A DNA stretch of 64,000 bases from Octopus bimaculoides (taxonomy: Eukaryota), in assembly GCF_001194135.2 (NCBI RefSeq), contig NC_068982.1:3922605-3986604 (forward strand), written 5' to 3'. The notes under the pieces were generated by a model that worked only from the letters and a program-made list of their open reading frames with translations, was not told the origin of the DNA and searched no databases. Of the stretch, positions 36,838 through 48,965 are shown one piece after another. Positions within the stretch are counted from its first letter, which is position 1. Every line of letters begins with the position of its first letter. Both the position numbers and the translations under genes were made by a program.

Positions 36838-37079
36838 GTATATATATATCATATGAGGGATTTAGTTCACTTGTGATCTAAATGAGTAGGTATGCTGGGT
36901 AAGTGCTATAGTTGGTTGACCATTAGGTTCCAAGATCATAGCTAAGGCTGGATCTAGGGATCTGTGTTAGGGTTCCGTTATAGCAGATATATATGATATT
37001 AGAGGAAAAATCAAAACCATGGCAGAACGAGTATCTCAAGTCATTTAGAATAATTTAAATAGGATAAGGTGAATTTGAA

Positions 37080-37155
37080 GTCTTACAGCTGTTTCTGGGA
37101 TAACCTGACTGGTTGGTTAGTATGTCCATGCACTGGGTCTTCCATCATCAGAGAC
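37080..37155 (-). ncRNA. Type I hammerhead-like motif (H3) with a long loop II
   Basis: Reverse complement: GTCT-CTGATGA-TGG(~43 nt)CCA-GAAA-CAGCTG-TA-AGAC; palindromic stem III ACAGCTGT, GUA triplet. Confidence 0.55.
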
Positions 37156-37389
37156 AAGGTATGAATATTTTAGACAGGGAAAATTTACAATTTACAAGGA
37201 ATAAAATTGAAGAATAAAGGAGTAAAATAGAAGCATAAAGAGTAAAAGTAGTTAGAAGAATATAGGCAAGAGAATAATGTTCACAACTCATCTTTTTCCA
37301 GAAGATATAGATGTTGGTCGATACTTTCATGAGGATACAGGTTTTTTTTTTAACTAAAAAACCAGTTAAAAAACAGGTTTTTAGTTTAA

Positions 37390-38265
37390 AATGAAATGTC
37401 AAGTGGACATTTTTGCATTTAATTAAAGTGTTAAGGCTGCTGAAGCTGCTCATGAGATTTGTGCTGTGTATGGAGACAGAGCAATGCCTCAAAGTGCCAC
37501 TTGCCATTGGTTTTCAGGCTTCAAAAATGGGTATTTTGACCTCAAGGATGGATCACATATCGGTTGACCAATTAAGTTCGATGAAGAGCAATTGAATCAA
37601 CTTCTTCACAAAAATCCACGTCAAACGACCAGAGAATTGGCAGAGCAGATGGATTGTGATAAAAGAACTATGGTGAACCCCCTTCACTCAATGGCCAAGG
37701 TTCAGAAACTTAGGTACCACACACTTTGAGCAAAAACAACAAAAATCAATGCTCCACAATCGTTGCCACATTGTCACAAACAGTGTTTTCTTTATCGCAT
37801 TGTTACTGGCAATGAAAAATGGTGCCTTTACATCAATATGAAGCAGCAAAAAGAATGGCTCAGACCCGACAAATAAGCAACTCTACAAGCAAAACAAGAC
37901 CTTAATCCTCAAAAGACCATGTTGTGCATATGGTCGGACTGGGAAGGCATAATTCATAATTACCTGCTTGAGTGCAATCAAACATTCAATGCAGAATTCC
38001 ATATTCAAGAATTGCACCAGCTCAATGAAGGAATTCCACAAAAAAGACCAAATAGGCGAAATGGCATTCTTCTGCAACACAATAACATCTGTCCTCACAT
38101 TGCCAATATGACCAAAAATGTAATTCAAAAACTCAAATGGGAAGTGCTGCCTCATCCCTCATACACTTCAGACTTGGCGCCATCCAATTTTCATCTCTTT
38201 CCATCGCCTTCGAATGCTCTGTGCAGTGCATCGTTCAATGTTGATGTGGAATTGAAGGTTTAGAT
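37390..38265 (+). mobile_element. Degraded mariner transposase relic
   Basis: KAAEAAHEICAVYG, NPRQTTRELAE, IVTGNEKW, WEVLPHPSYTSDLAPSNFHLF; multiple stops and frameshifts. Confidence 0.9.
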
Positions 38266-38267
38266 AC

Positions 38268-38520
38268 ACAATAAGACAAGTGAGTTGAAGTTCCAAATAG
38301 CTACAATGCCTTGTGTTGATAGTCGCACACCCACTAAAATTAGGATACAGCATGTCTGTAGGACAAACAGTAAGGTTTAGAGAAAGAACTAATAGAAAGG
38401 AATTACAGTTTGAGATTATTAATAATCTTATTAGGCACATGGTTAAGCAAGGTTTTAATGCTAAAAGATTAATTAGACAATTAATTGTAGTTGCAATCAG
38501 TACAATGGTGTTTTGACTAA
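38268..38520 (+). mobile_element. Penelope-like element reverse-transcriptase C-terminal (thumb) relic
   Basis: Frameshifted translation IHNKTSELKFQIATMPCVDSRTPTK / GYSMSVGQTVRFRERTNRKELQFEIINNLIRHMVKQGFNAKRL resembles the recalled PLE pattern YDKRDDF.F.IVNFP.L.SNIP..YG...SQLIRY....L...L.KQGY..RL. Confidence 0.6.
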
Positions 38521-39949
38521 ATTCAGGTTTATAACAATTTTGATAATTCAGTTACAAACTTGAAGCTTAGAGTGATATTGTTACAGCATTGATTTTAACA
38601 CATTGGTCTACAGATGAACCCTGTCATGTGGTATCATTTGTATACTTGATGTTGGTGGAGAGTGAAAATGACTTTCTAGGGTTGTGTGTAAAAATGATTA
38701 ACACTCTCGAACAATTAACAGAAGCTTTATCTACTGCATGTAATGTTTTCTATGCTGGTCTTCCGACAAAAACTAACAGTGTCAGTTACACACTGGAGGA
38801 GACATACTACAGGAATCTACAACAATTTAACTGGTATAACAATTACAGCTGGCCCATCACAAGTGGAAAATAATCACACTATATAACAATATAATCTGTG
38901 TCTTCTAAACTGCCATGAGAATGCAGATGTCAGGTGGCTGCCTCAAAATTCTATGAGCAGCAGCCTCACATTCAGAGGCAAAAAGTTGAAAATTTTTGGA
39001 GCCCATGACACTGTATGGACCCTAAGTAAGGCATGTGCAAAATTTGAATGAAATCAGTTGGGTAGTTCTCAAGTTTTAGTGATGCACACATACAGACAGA
39101 TAGACATTCTCAGTTTTATATATATATAGATTACTCCTAAAAATTGAAAACTTTCATACACCGCAAAAATTACACTTATTTACCATGCTTATATCATCAT
39201 CACCATCATTTAATGTCTGCTTTCCAGGCTGGCAAATATACCACTTGTGTGAGAGAGAGTGTGTGTGCATCTGAGTCTTATTTTTGTTACTGATTAAACG
39301 TCTGCAAATGAAACTTTTACTCAAGGAAGTACTATTTTCTTGTTTTTATTTTCAAAACTTGAAACACTGCAAAATGAAAGCTCAGTGAACTGTGGGTGAC
39401 GTTTGAAATTATTACTGCGTTACTGGTTTTCCCTGACGCTCTACCTTGTTCATCCAGTACAAACAACACAATGAAATCATTTCAAATTTTAGCTATAGTT
39501 ATTATATAGTGTTCTCTTTTATACTTTAGTCAAATGTTTTAGGAATAGTTTCTAATAATCTTACTACCTCCTCACATTTTTCTGTTGCACTTATTTTCAA
39601 CACAAACACTGGCAGAAATAGTAAAAATATTTTATAATTTAACTCTATATAATTTTTTTCTATCAGCCTTAGTTTAAAATTTGCTTTCATGAGGTAAAAT
39701 ATTTGATATAAAAATCTCTATTAAATATATATCAGGTTAAGCCAAAAGTTTTTTTAGATTTCCACTGATCATATTCAGCAACTTGTAGCTCCAAGTTATA
39801 TCATTAATTTGATATAATTTACTACTTGTCCAGTCTTTGCTGAATTTTTTTTCTTTGTTTATTTTCATAAATAACATAAAATTATTGTTCAATCTTTATC
39901 TTACAGGTTTGATAATTAGTGGTGAGAATATTGCCACTGACGCTACTTG

Positions 39950-40495
39950 TGGAAAAAAGGATTGGATGGAAGGGCAGTGGCAAAAGAAATAAACGATGTG
40001 GAAAGCTCAGGAACTGTCCACAAATGTGTGGCACAAAACTGGTTCAGACATTTCAAGGAAGGAAATACTAGTCTCAAAGACAAACCGAGGTAAGGGGAGA
40101 ACCTTCTGTTGTGGAAGATGAAGCCTTACTTGAAATGGTTGAACAACGGCCAAGCAGAAGCGCTCATGTTGTCAGTAGTACTTGGTCCTTCACAAACCAC
40201 CTTCTGTTGACACCTCTATGAGCTCAGCTTTGTGAACAGACACTGTTGAGAAGCTCTTCATGAACTGACCAATGACCAGGCTCTGTGATATGTGAACATT
40301 TGCAAACAACTGCTGGCAGATCCTCAAAATTCCCATTTTTTGCATTGACTTGTAACTGAAGATGAAAACTGGATCTATTTTCATAATCATAATATGAGAA
40401 ATCAGTGGCTTTATTAGAGCCAGGCTTCAGAACCTGTTGTCAAACAAGGGCAGTTTGAACAGAAAGTCATGTGTGTTTGGTGGAATTTCATGCAT
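39950..40495 (+). mobile_element. Degraded mariner transposase relic (5' half)
   Basis: AKEINDV..AQNWFRHFKEGNTSLKDKPR, LVTEDENWIYF, QKVMCVWWN. Confidence 0.8.
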
Positions 40496-40667
40496 TCATA
40501 GCCTTGCACTTTTTTTTGCATTAAAATGTAAGCCAACTTTCTCCATTGTGATATTTATAGAATTTGCACAGGTTTCTAAATGATTTTCACTTTTTCCAAT
40601 CAATGCACTTCCAATTCAAACCATAAACATCTTGTCCTTGTGTTGTATGAATCTGTAATCTTCTCAA

Positions 40668-41296
40668 TTAACCTGTTTCAGTCCAAAACAGCTGTAAAGG
40701 AATGGAGAGAAGATGCTAGTTTCAATAGCAAAAACACTCAATCACTTTCTCATTAGCACATACACAAACAATTAGAAGTTTTATCCAAGATGTATAAAAA
40801 GTAGTCACAAGAGAAAGTTGAATGGAGATTGTAAAAAAATATTACTAAAAACCGCTACGCAATTTTGTCTGATGCTCTGCTCTCTCTGATATATGTTGTC
40901 CTTGACCAAGTAAATAAATAAAATATGGGTATTCTTCAAGAGTAGGTGTTTTGCTTTGTTTCAGGGCAGGACACTAATTTCTACATTGTGTGAGAAATAG
41001 GTTATGAGTCCTTTTCAAGAATATTACCAGCAAAAGGTGAAATAACATATCTGGGAGAACTGGAGAGATTTATCTTTTGTTTAATTAATCACTAGTCTGG
41101 TGAATCCTTGGAATTTATCAAAAGATTAACTTCCAATGACAGGTTTAACGTTTTTTAGTTAACCAGTTTCGTCTTGTTTCCAGTTTGTGTTTAATATCGA
41201 TGAAATATTAACTCTATGAATGTGAACCCATGAATATTCATAAGGTAAATGGTTGCCTAAATTATGTCAATACAGACAGGCAGTTTAACAGGTTAA
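40668..41296. mobile_element. Possible piggyBac-type non-autonomous element
   Basis: TTAACCTGTT ... AACAGGTTAA ends (only 10 bp matched). Confidence 0.4.
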
Positions 41297-41735
41297 TGTG
41301 TTCTTAAGGTTATTGTAAACAACCAAATACAATAAGGTTAGCACATATGTTTACTGAACACATAGCGTAGTTTTGATCATAATGATTACAGCTATTGTTT
41401 CGTGTCCTTGCTCAAGTTATAAGATCAATGTTACCAATATTTATTCAACAGATGCCATAATCAATCAAAGAGACTCTTGTACAAGTAGTTCTTACTTTGT
41501 TGACATTTTTATTGTGTATGAGTGTCTCAGCTTTTACAATAGGTACTCCATATCTCAGTGTTATACGAGGTGACAAAAAGAGTATCAGGAAGGGCATTTG
41601 GCCTCAAGTCCCCTGCAGTCAATGCTTGCATGGAAAAGCATTGAGTGCAGGTATAACATGATGTAATTGAGTATCAGAGTCTAAGTATCATTGGTATGAG
41701 TGTACATGTATGAGACCTCATACATGTACACATGT

Positions 41736-41995
41736 ATGAGGTCTGACCAAAAAGTATTGGGACTGAGCCGACAAAAGAGAAGACCACAACAGATATCCGT
41801 TCAGCATTTGATCTCCTTCAAAGTTCTCCACTTCAGAAGCCTCACACTTTATACAGCGTTGTTTTCATTGACGGAAACATGCCTGGAACTTCTTTTATGG
41901 AATAGCATGCAGCTGCCTCATCACATTCTCTTGGATTTCCTTGACATCTTGAAATCGCGTTCCTTTCAAGTGCGATTTGATTTTTAGAAAGATTC
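41736..41995 (-). mobile_element. Mariner 3' end with terminal repeat
   Basis: KIKSHLKGTRFQDVKEIQ...KQRCIKCEASEVENFEGD, followed by a TA-flanked end (TATGAGGTCTGACCAAAAAGT on the + strand). Confidence 0.75.
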
Positions 41996-42965
41996 TTAGG
42001 CATAATAACCTTCAAGTCTCTTTGGAATCCAACTATATGATAGACTTATTGGCCAGAGATGCCCCCCCCCACACACACACACATTTTCTGTGCCATGGTC
42101 ACTATTTTTTTAATAAATTTTGAGTTTCATTTTGTAGATAAATGTGATGTGTGTTAGTATGTATGTATGCATAACTGCCAATTTTTTTCTTTCACATTAA
42201 ATTCCAATACTTTTGTTATCTACACACTCTGAAAGGTATTTATAGAAAATTTCATTAAAAAATACCCAATTTTCTGGAAGTTGAGGAAACAAAGCCAACT
42301 CATGTGAATTTTCTGAAACTCCTCTCCACACCCCTGAAAAATGTTTTCACAACAAATTCCAGTATAATCAAAATCTACACAATGTGAAACATATTTGTAG
42401 AAAATTTCACTAAAAATTATCCATTTTTCTGAAAGTTATGAAGAAACAAAGTTGGCGGGGCACAGTTGTGTATGTATGCCTCTATTATTTCTTGGCACAA
42501 AAGAGGTGTTTTTCATGTCCTGTATATACTTCCGTATGAGTATTTTGTATCTAAATTATTATTGTAAGACAGTCATACAGCTCAACAATCCCACAGCTTT
42601 TGCTTATTTACTTCAAAGCAATCCAACCTTTTCCATGTGACAAACATCATATTCAGTGATATTAATTATATAAATAAGTTTGTAGGNNNNNNNNNNNNNN
42701 NNNNNNNNNNNNNNNNNNNNNNNNNNNNNNNNNNNNNNNNNNNNNNNNNNNNNNNNNNNNNNNNNNNNNNNNNNNNNNNNNNNNNNNNNNNNNNNNNNNN
42801 NNNNNNNNNNNNNNNNNNNNNNNNNNNNNNNNNNNNNNNNNNNNNNNNNNNNNNNNNNNNNNNNNNNNNNNNNNNNNNNNNNNNNNNNNNNNNNNNACAA
42901 AAGTGAAAGTAACTACACCAAAATAAGGAAGAAAAGAAAAGAATTTTTTAAAGAAAACTGAATTC

Positions 42966-43255
42966 CGTCCAACCCATGCCAGCATGGAAAGCGGATGTTA
43001 AACGACGATGATGATGATTACATCATCATCATCGTCGTTTAACATCCGTTTTCCATGCTGGCATGGGTTGGACGATTCGACCAGAGTCTGGGAAGCCAGG
43101 AGGCTGCACCAGGCCCCAATCTGATCTGGCAGTGTTTCTACAGCTGGATGCCCTTCCTAACACCAACCACTCTGAGAGTGTAGTGGGGCTGGACGAGCTG
43201 ACATCGGCCATGTTCGGATGGTACTTTTTACGTGCTACCGGCACGGGCGTCATCT
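42966..43255. mobile_element. Tail-to-tail RTE 3'-end pair
   Basis: Plus tail 42966-43018 and minus copy 43021-43255. Confidence 0.8.
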
Positions 43256-43271
43256 AACAAGAATGATATAC

Positions 43272-43855
43272 ACTTTTACTTCTTTCAGTCATTTTGACTG
43301 CAGCCATGCTAGAGCACCACCTTCAGTCAAACAAATCGACCCCCAGGACTTATTCTTTATAAGCCTAGTACTTATTCCCTTGGTCTCTTATGCCGAACCA
43401 ATAAGTTTCTGTGACATAAACACACCAACATGGGTTGTCAAGTGATGGTGGGGGTGGGGTACGAACACAGACACACAAATACATACATACATATATCTAT
43501 CTATCTATATATATATATAGAGAGAGAGAGATAGATAGATAGGCGGTACTCCAGCATGGCCACAGTCAAATGACTGAAACAAGTAAAAGAATAAAAGAGT
43601 ATACGACGGGCTTCTTTCAGTTTCCGTCTACCAAATCCACTCACAAGGCTTTGGNNNNNNNNNNGAAACAAGTAAAAGAATAAAAGAGTATACGACGGGC
43701 TTCTTTCAGTTTCCGTCTACCAAATCCACTCACAAGGCTTTGGTTGGCTCGAGGCTATAGTAGAAGACACTTGTCCAAGATGCCACTCAATGGGGCTGAA
43801 CCTGGAACCATGTGGTTGGAAAGCAAGCTTCTTACCACACAGCCACTCCTGCACC
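43272..43855 (-). mobile_element. SINE family B (with a gap-associated duplicated segment)
   Basis: Same consensus. Confidence 0.8.
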
Positions 43856-44134
43856 TAAATTAAAATTAAATTTCCATTCATCAAATTAATTAAATTTGTG
43901 AACATGTCTCCTTCATTGCTGAACTCAATTCCCCGCATGTGTCAGTGCAAATAGGATGTGAGCAAAACAGTGTCTGTCCAACATTGTTATCACAGTTTTT
44001 CTTGGCCAACATCTGTTTCCTCTCTATATTCTGATTATAAAAACTGCCACTGTTTAAATCCAGTGTAGAGAAGGATTAACAGCTTCATAAGTATAAATTT
44101 CATTGAAGCCCAACCATTGAAAATAAAACGCATA

Positions 44135-45022
44135 GGTGCAGGCGTGGCCATGTGATAAGAAGCTTGCTTCCCGACCACATGGCTCTGGGTTCAGTCCCAC
44201 TGAGTGGCACCTTGGGCAAATGTCTTCTACTATAGCCTCAGGCCGACCAAAGCCTTGTGAGTGGATTTGGTAGACAGAAACTGAAAGAAGCCCATCACAT
44301 ATATATATATATATATATAAATCGTGATGGCACCTGTGCCCAGCGTCGCCTTCCTGGCACGTGTAAAGACACTCGAGCGAGATCATTGCCAGTACTGCTG
44401 GACTGGCTCCTGTGCAGGTGGCACGTAAAATACACCATTTTGAGCGTGGTCGTTGCCAGTACCGCCTGACTGGCTTTCATGCCTGTGGCACGTAAAAGCA
44501 CCCACTACACTCTCATAGTGGTTGGCTGTAGAAACTCTGCCAAATCAGATTGGAGCCTAATGTAGCCATCTGGTTCACCAGTCCTCAGTCAAATCGTCCA
44601 ACCCATGCTAGCATGGAAAGCAGACGTTAAACGACGACGACGATGATGATGATGATGATGATGGTACAGCTGTGTGGTAAGTAGCTTGCTTACCAACCAC
44701 ATGCTCCTGGGTAAGTGTCTTCTACTGTAGCCTCTGGATGACCAAAGCTTTATGAGTTGACTTGGTAGATGGAAACTGAAAGAAGCCTGTTGTGTATATG
44801 TATGTGTGTGTGTGTGTGTTTGTCCTCCCATCACTGCTTGACAACTGGTGTTGGTGTGTTTACATCCATGTAACTTAGCAGTTCAGCAAAAGAGACCAAT
44901 AAGAATAAGTATCAGGCTTAAAAGACAAAAAAGTACTGTGATCGATTCATTCAATAAAAAATTCTTCAAAGCATGGTGTTCCAGCATGGCCACAGTCTAA
45001 TGACATGAAAGATAAACGATAA
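44135..45022 (+). mobile_element. SINE family B copies (44135-44305 and 44665-45022)
   Basis: Same consensus on both sides of the RTE-tailed repeat. Confidence 0.75.
44328..44662 (+). mobile_element. RTE-tailed repeat with three ~60-bp tandem units
   Basis: Repeated GAGCGTGGTCGTTGCCAGT..GACTGGCTCCTGTGCAGGTGGCACGTAAAA units. Confidence 0.8.
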
Positions 45023-45344
45023 AAATACTCATCAATAAGAAGCTTATATTGTGGAGATTTAAACTTATTAGAAAATTGCAAACTAATAAAAACCTATGTT
45101 AATTATACAAAGGAGATGTCTTCAGCCATTATGCTGTGGTGCCTTTCAATGAAGCATAAGCTATACGGTTCAGTGACTTTTCGAGGAGAATTAGAAAATG
45201 TTTGGACGTATAGAAAACTGGTTTTTATGCTCCACAATGCTGCTACAAATATATATTCCTTTGTGGTGAAGTATAATGCATGTGACCTTCTCAATTTTAA
45301 AATGGTTCTAATATTCACGTCTTAAATAATGAAACATTTACAAA

Positions 45345-45800
45345 GCTATTAGTTCACTGGTTGTTGTTGTTGACAATGACCAAGGACATCATGTGGGAGA
45401 AGAAGAGAGGGCAGAGTGTGTCTGGCTGTGGTTGATCAGTCTGATGTCTGCTTAGAGGGTTTTTCTGGGCATTGGTGGTGTGCTGGGACCAAAGGCAAGG
45501 AGTTGGCTCTGGGTTTACACAGTTTGTGTTTTCTCTGTGCCCCTGCAATCTTGTTCTGTTTGTTGGAGATGGCCCCTATGTAGGTTCAGCTTTGCCAGTC
45601 AGGGCAGCCTTGTGCTTGCATTTCCCAGGTGTTGGTGGGGGTTGATCTCAAAACTCTTCAGTGAGGCTTGGAATGTGTCTTTGAAGCCCTTTTTCTGTCC
45701 ACCTTGCATGCACTTGCCTTCTGCCAGTTCACTGTAAAGCAGTCTCTTGAAGAATCAGGCATTCGAACAAGGAGGCCTGCCCACCTGACTTGCGCTCCTC
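45345..45800 (-). mobile_element. RTE (BovB-like) LINE 3' end
   Basis: RLLYSELAEGKCMQGGQKKGFKDTFQASLKSFEINP plus a degenerate terminal zinc finger and 3' tail. Confidence 0.85.
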
Positions 45801-46977
45801 AAGAGACTTTCACAAAAAGCTGAAGCTATGCCATAATATTTGAAGTACCTCTTTCAGTGTTCCAAAGATCAAAAAAAGTTCAAAATTGTTGACATGAGGT
45901 TTCTGCTGCCTATAGCATTGAGCCATATCTATTCAAATTTCTTATTTATAGCTCGGTGAGTTCAGCTTATCCTGCTTTTCTATAAAAAAAAACCCCACCA
46001 AAACACAACATTTGCTGAGTGTAACACAATCCTGTAAAGGGACTTTTCTCTATTACTGAAACCTAACAAAATATAACATTATTTTACAGTGTTTTTGTTA
46101 ACTACATCAATGTGGCTGCATCTATCCCTTGCACTCGTTTACGTCTTAATTAAGCTCACAAGATTAACATATTCTTTGTTGCGGACTATAACATTCAATC
46201 AACTCAACAACTCATAATTAACATGGCCAGCTGTGACTTGGCAAACTATTTTTATCACATCAGCAATTGAGATTGACAACATTGATTTTTTTAAGTTTAG
46301 ATACAATTAAAAAATTCTGTTGGAATCTCAGATCAATGTCTTATGAATTTAAAGTTTTAACTTACGATGAACATAAATTGTTACGTAAAACAATTACACA
46401 ATGCATTTACTATAATATTGGTAAGATAACTCATTTACATAATAGACATTAAAGGTAATTATGATAATAATGTTTAATTAGATAGGTAAAATAAAATTGG
46501 AAAATTAGAGGTCAGATGTCTTGGATAATTTGTTTGTCTCAGCCTGTTGTGAAGTCTAACTTCAAAAAGGAAAGTTGATTTAGTGATTAAGTGATTAGGC
46601 CTATATGAGTCAGAAATGAGATTATGTCAAGATTCCTTCTTGTTGCTTTTAATTAGTCTCAGGAGACCTATTATTAATAGTCTCCATTTCCTTGTTTGGA
46701 ATTGGGCTGTTTTCTCTCTTTCCCTGCTCTTCAAAATGATTAAATCACTATTTAACTTTACATGATACACACAAATTGATCTTGTTTTAGTTTTCCTATG
46801 TCTCAATTCTCACTCGAAGTATCGTATACTAAACATTCTCTACAATATCTACTAATCAAGATCTGTTGTACTTTTATAACATTGTCAATATTTTCTTGTT
46901 TTCACTAAAGATAAGAAGATTCAAGTTACAGAACTTCTTAATTAATTCAACAGCAAAATTTCCTCGAACCACTGTCT

Positions 46978-47522
46978 TTAACCCTTTAAGCATTCAGATT
47001 ATCCTGTCAAACATTAATCCTTATTTATTCCCATTCATCATCGTTTAACGTCTGTTTTCCATGCTGGCATGGGTTGGACGGTTCGATCGGGTTCTGGGAA
47101 GCCAGGAGGCTGCACCAGGCTCCAGTCTGATTTGGCAGAGTTTCTACAGCTGGATGCCCTTCCTAACACCAACCACTCTGAGAGTGTAGTGGGTGCTTTT
47201 TACTTGCCACCGGCACAGGGGTCAGAGGGGGCTGGCATTGACCGCGATCGGATGGTGCTTTTTAAGTGTGTCACCGGCAAGGAAGCCAGTCAAGGCAGCA
47301 CTGGCATCGACCACGATCGGATGGTGCTTTTTATGTGCCACCGGCCCATTGTCTTGAATTAATCATGCACTATCTCTTGTCTTTGAAATTTTGATAGTGT
47401 GATTGTTCATTTTTAGAATGACATTGTAGAGTAAGTGTGAGAGGTTGGATCTGGCCATTTTGAACATAAAACAGGTTGAATATTTGAGCTGGATATGGCT
47501 GGTTGAAATGCTAAAGGGCTAA
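46978..47522. mobile_element. piggyBac-type MITE (second family) with a nested RTE copy
   Basis: TTAACCCTTTAAGCATT...AATGCTAAAGGGCTAA ends. Confidence 0.75.
47036..47344 (-). mobile_element. RTE 3'-end copy inserted in a piggyBac-type MITE
   Basis: Direct repeat CCCATT at 47030-47035 and 47345-47350. Confidence 0.85.
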
Positions 47523-48674
47523 ACAAAAACTAAACAAACTAATAAAGAAATTTCTAACGTAACGAATTTACCAAATTTCCCTGAGCAATCATTTCCTATT
47601 GTCTTTAAAATTGGAATTAAAGTTCTTAGTTCTAATTCTTTGAACTGCATATTCTCCAGTTAAGGCAAGATGGCCATAGCTGGAAAGGCTAATCTAAATG
47701 CTAGAGTACTATCAATCAGAGTTGACTAGGTTTATCTAATAACAACAGAAACTATTATATTGAACTTAATCTATCCAAATGTCTCCAATACAAGAAGAGC
47801 ATAAGAGCACCTATCCATTAGACGAAATCCGATGTTGATTTGCAAGAAATGTTACAAGTATTAAGCGGAGAGGAGTTGGTAGAAATGCTACACGAAATGT
47901 TGTACAGTATTCATTCATTAAGAGAATTTCTAAAGAAAATCTGCTGCTTGACAGGCAGGCAAGTAATGAAAGGTTGTTAATGAAAGATGACAACAGAAAC
48001 GAAGGTAAATATATCTTGAATATGAAATAGCTATTCAAGGCAACAAAAGGAAGAGGAACAATGAAAATTTATGAATAGATGAGGAGAGCATTGATGGGAG
48101 ATCAGCAAATGATACTGCTTCGTTTTAAAAAAAAATTGATCAGATGAGCTCAGAAGCAAAGCTTAAGAAGCATTAAAATAAATGAGTGAGAACAGCTTAG
48201 AAGTTTTTTTTTAAAAAAGCCATAGATATCTAAACTGTTATGTGAAATTCAGGAAAATTTTCTCCATCATTAATAATAAAGAACAAATTCTAGAAACTAG
48301 TGCATGAAATAAACAGGAAGGAATAACAGTGATATCAGAATGGTGCAAGTTATGGAAGGAAAATAGTGAAATATCTTATATTATTAGCTGACTGGATGTA
48401 AAATACCTGCTGAGGTTCATTATCATATTTATTTGTATATTATTGCAGGTATTTGTGGTTAATGCACACCTCTAATTAAGGCCTACCAAATCCATCCACA
48501 AGGCTTTGGTCAGCCTGAGGTTAAAGGAGAAGACACTTACCCAAGGTGTCACACACTGGGACTGAACCCGGAACCCAGTAGGTATTATTCTTTTATGTAT
48601 AATACTTACTGATCTTGTTGGTATTAAGATGAGTGGTGGCAAAAGAAATGCTTCGTCAAATTTAATTTAATTAA

Positions 48675-48965
48675 TGGATATTTCTCCTCAACTTGTTTGT
48701 TGTTAATGCAAAGTTTCAGCTGATATACCCTCCAGCCTTCATCAGGTGTCTCGGGGGAAATTATGAACCTGGGTTCTCATTCCTAAGGTATTTTTCTATG
48801 TTATTATTATTATTATTATTCAAGTCACTGCCTGGAATCGAACTCAGAATCTTGGGGTTAGTAGCCCGTGCTCTTAACCACTATGCCATATGCCCACAGG
48901 CATATGGTGTAATAATAATAATAATAATAACAACGAAAAATACCTTAGGAATGAGACCCCAGGTT
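48675..48965 (-). mobile_element. H1 element, minus monomer plus inverted arm running into a gap
   Basis: Same head, (AAT)n and degenerate hammerhead sequence as the other H1 copies. Confidence 0.8.

Noticed and set aside
43590-43745. Exact direct duplication around a 10-N gap (same at 52320-52437)
   Set aside because: Typical contig-overlap assembly artefact.
44328-44510. Regularly repeated ~60-bp units resembling a CRISPR array
   Set aside because: Eukaryotic context, no unique spacers, no cas genes; part of an RTE-tailed repeat.
47820-48004. Open frame ending in a strong donor (GAAG|GTAAAT) with dibasic sites
   Set aside because: No convincing acceptor and no recognisable homology.
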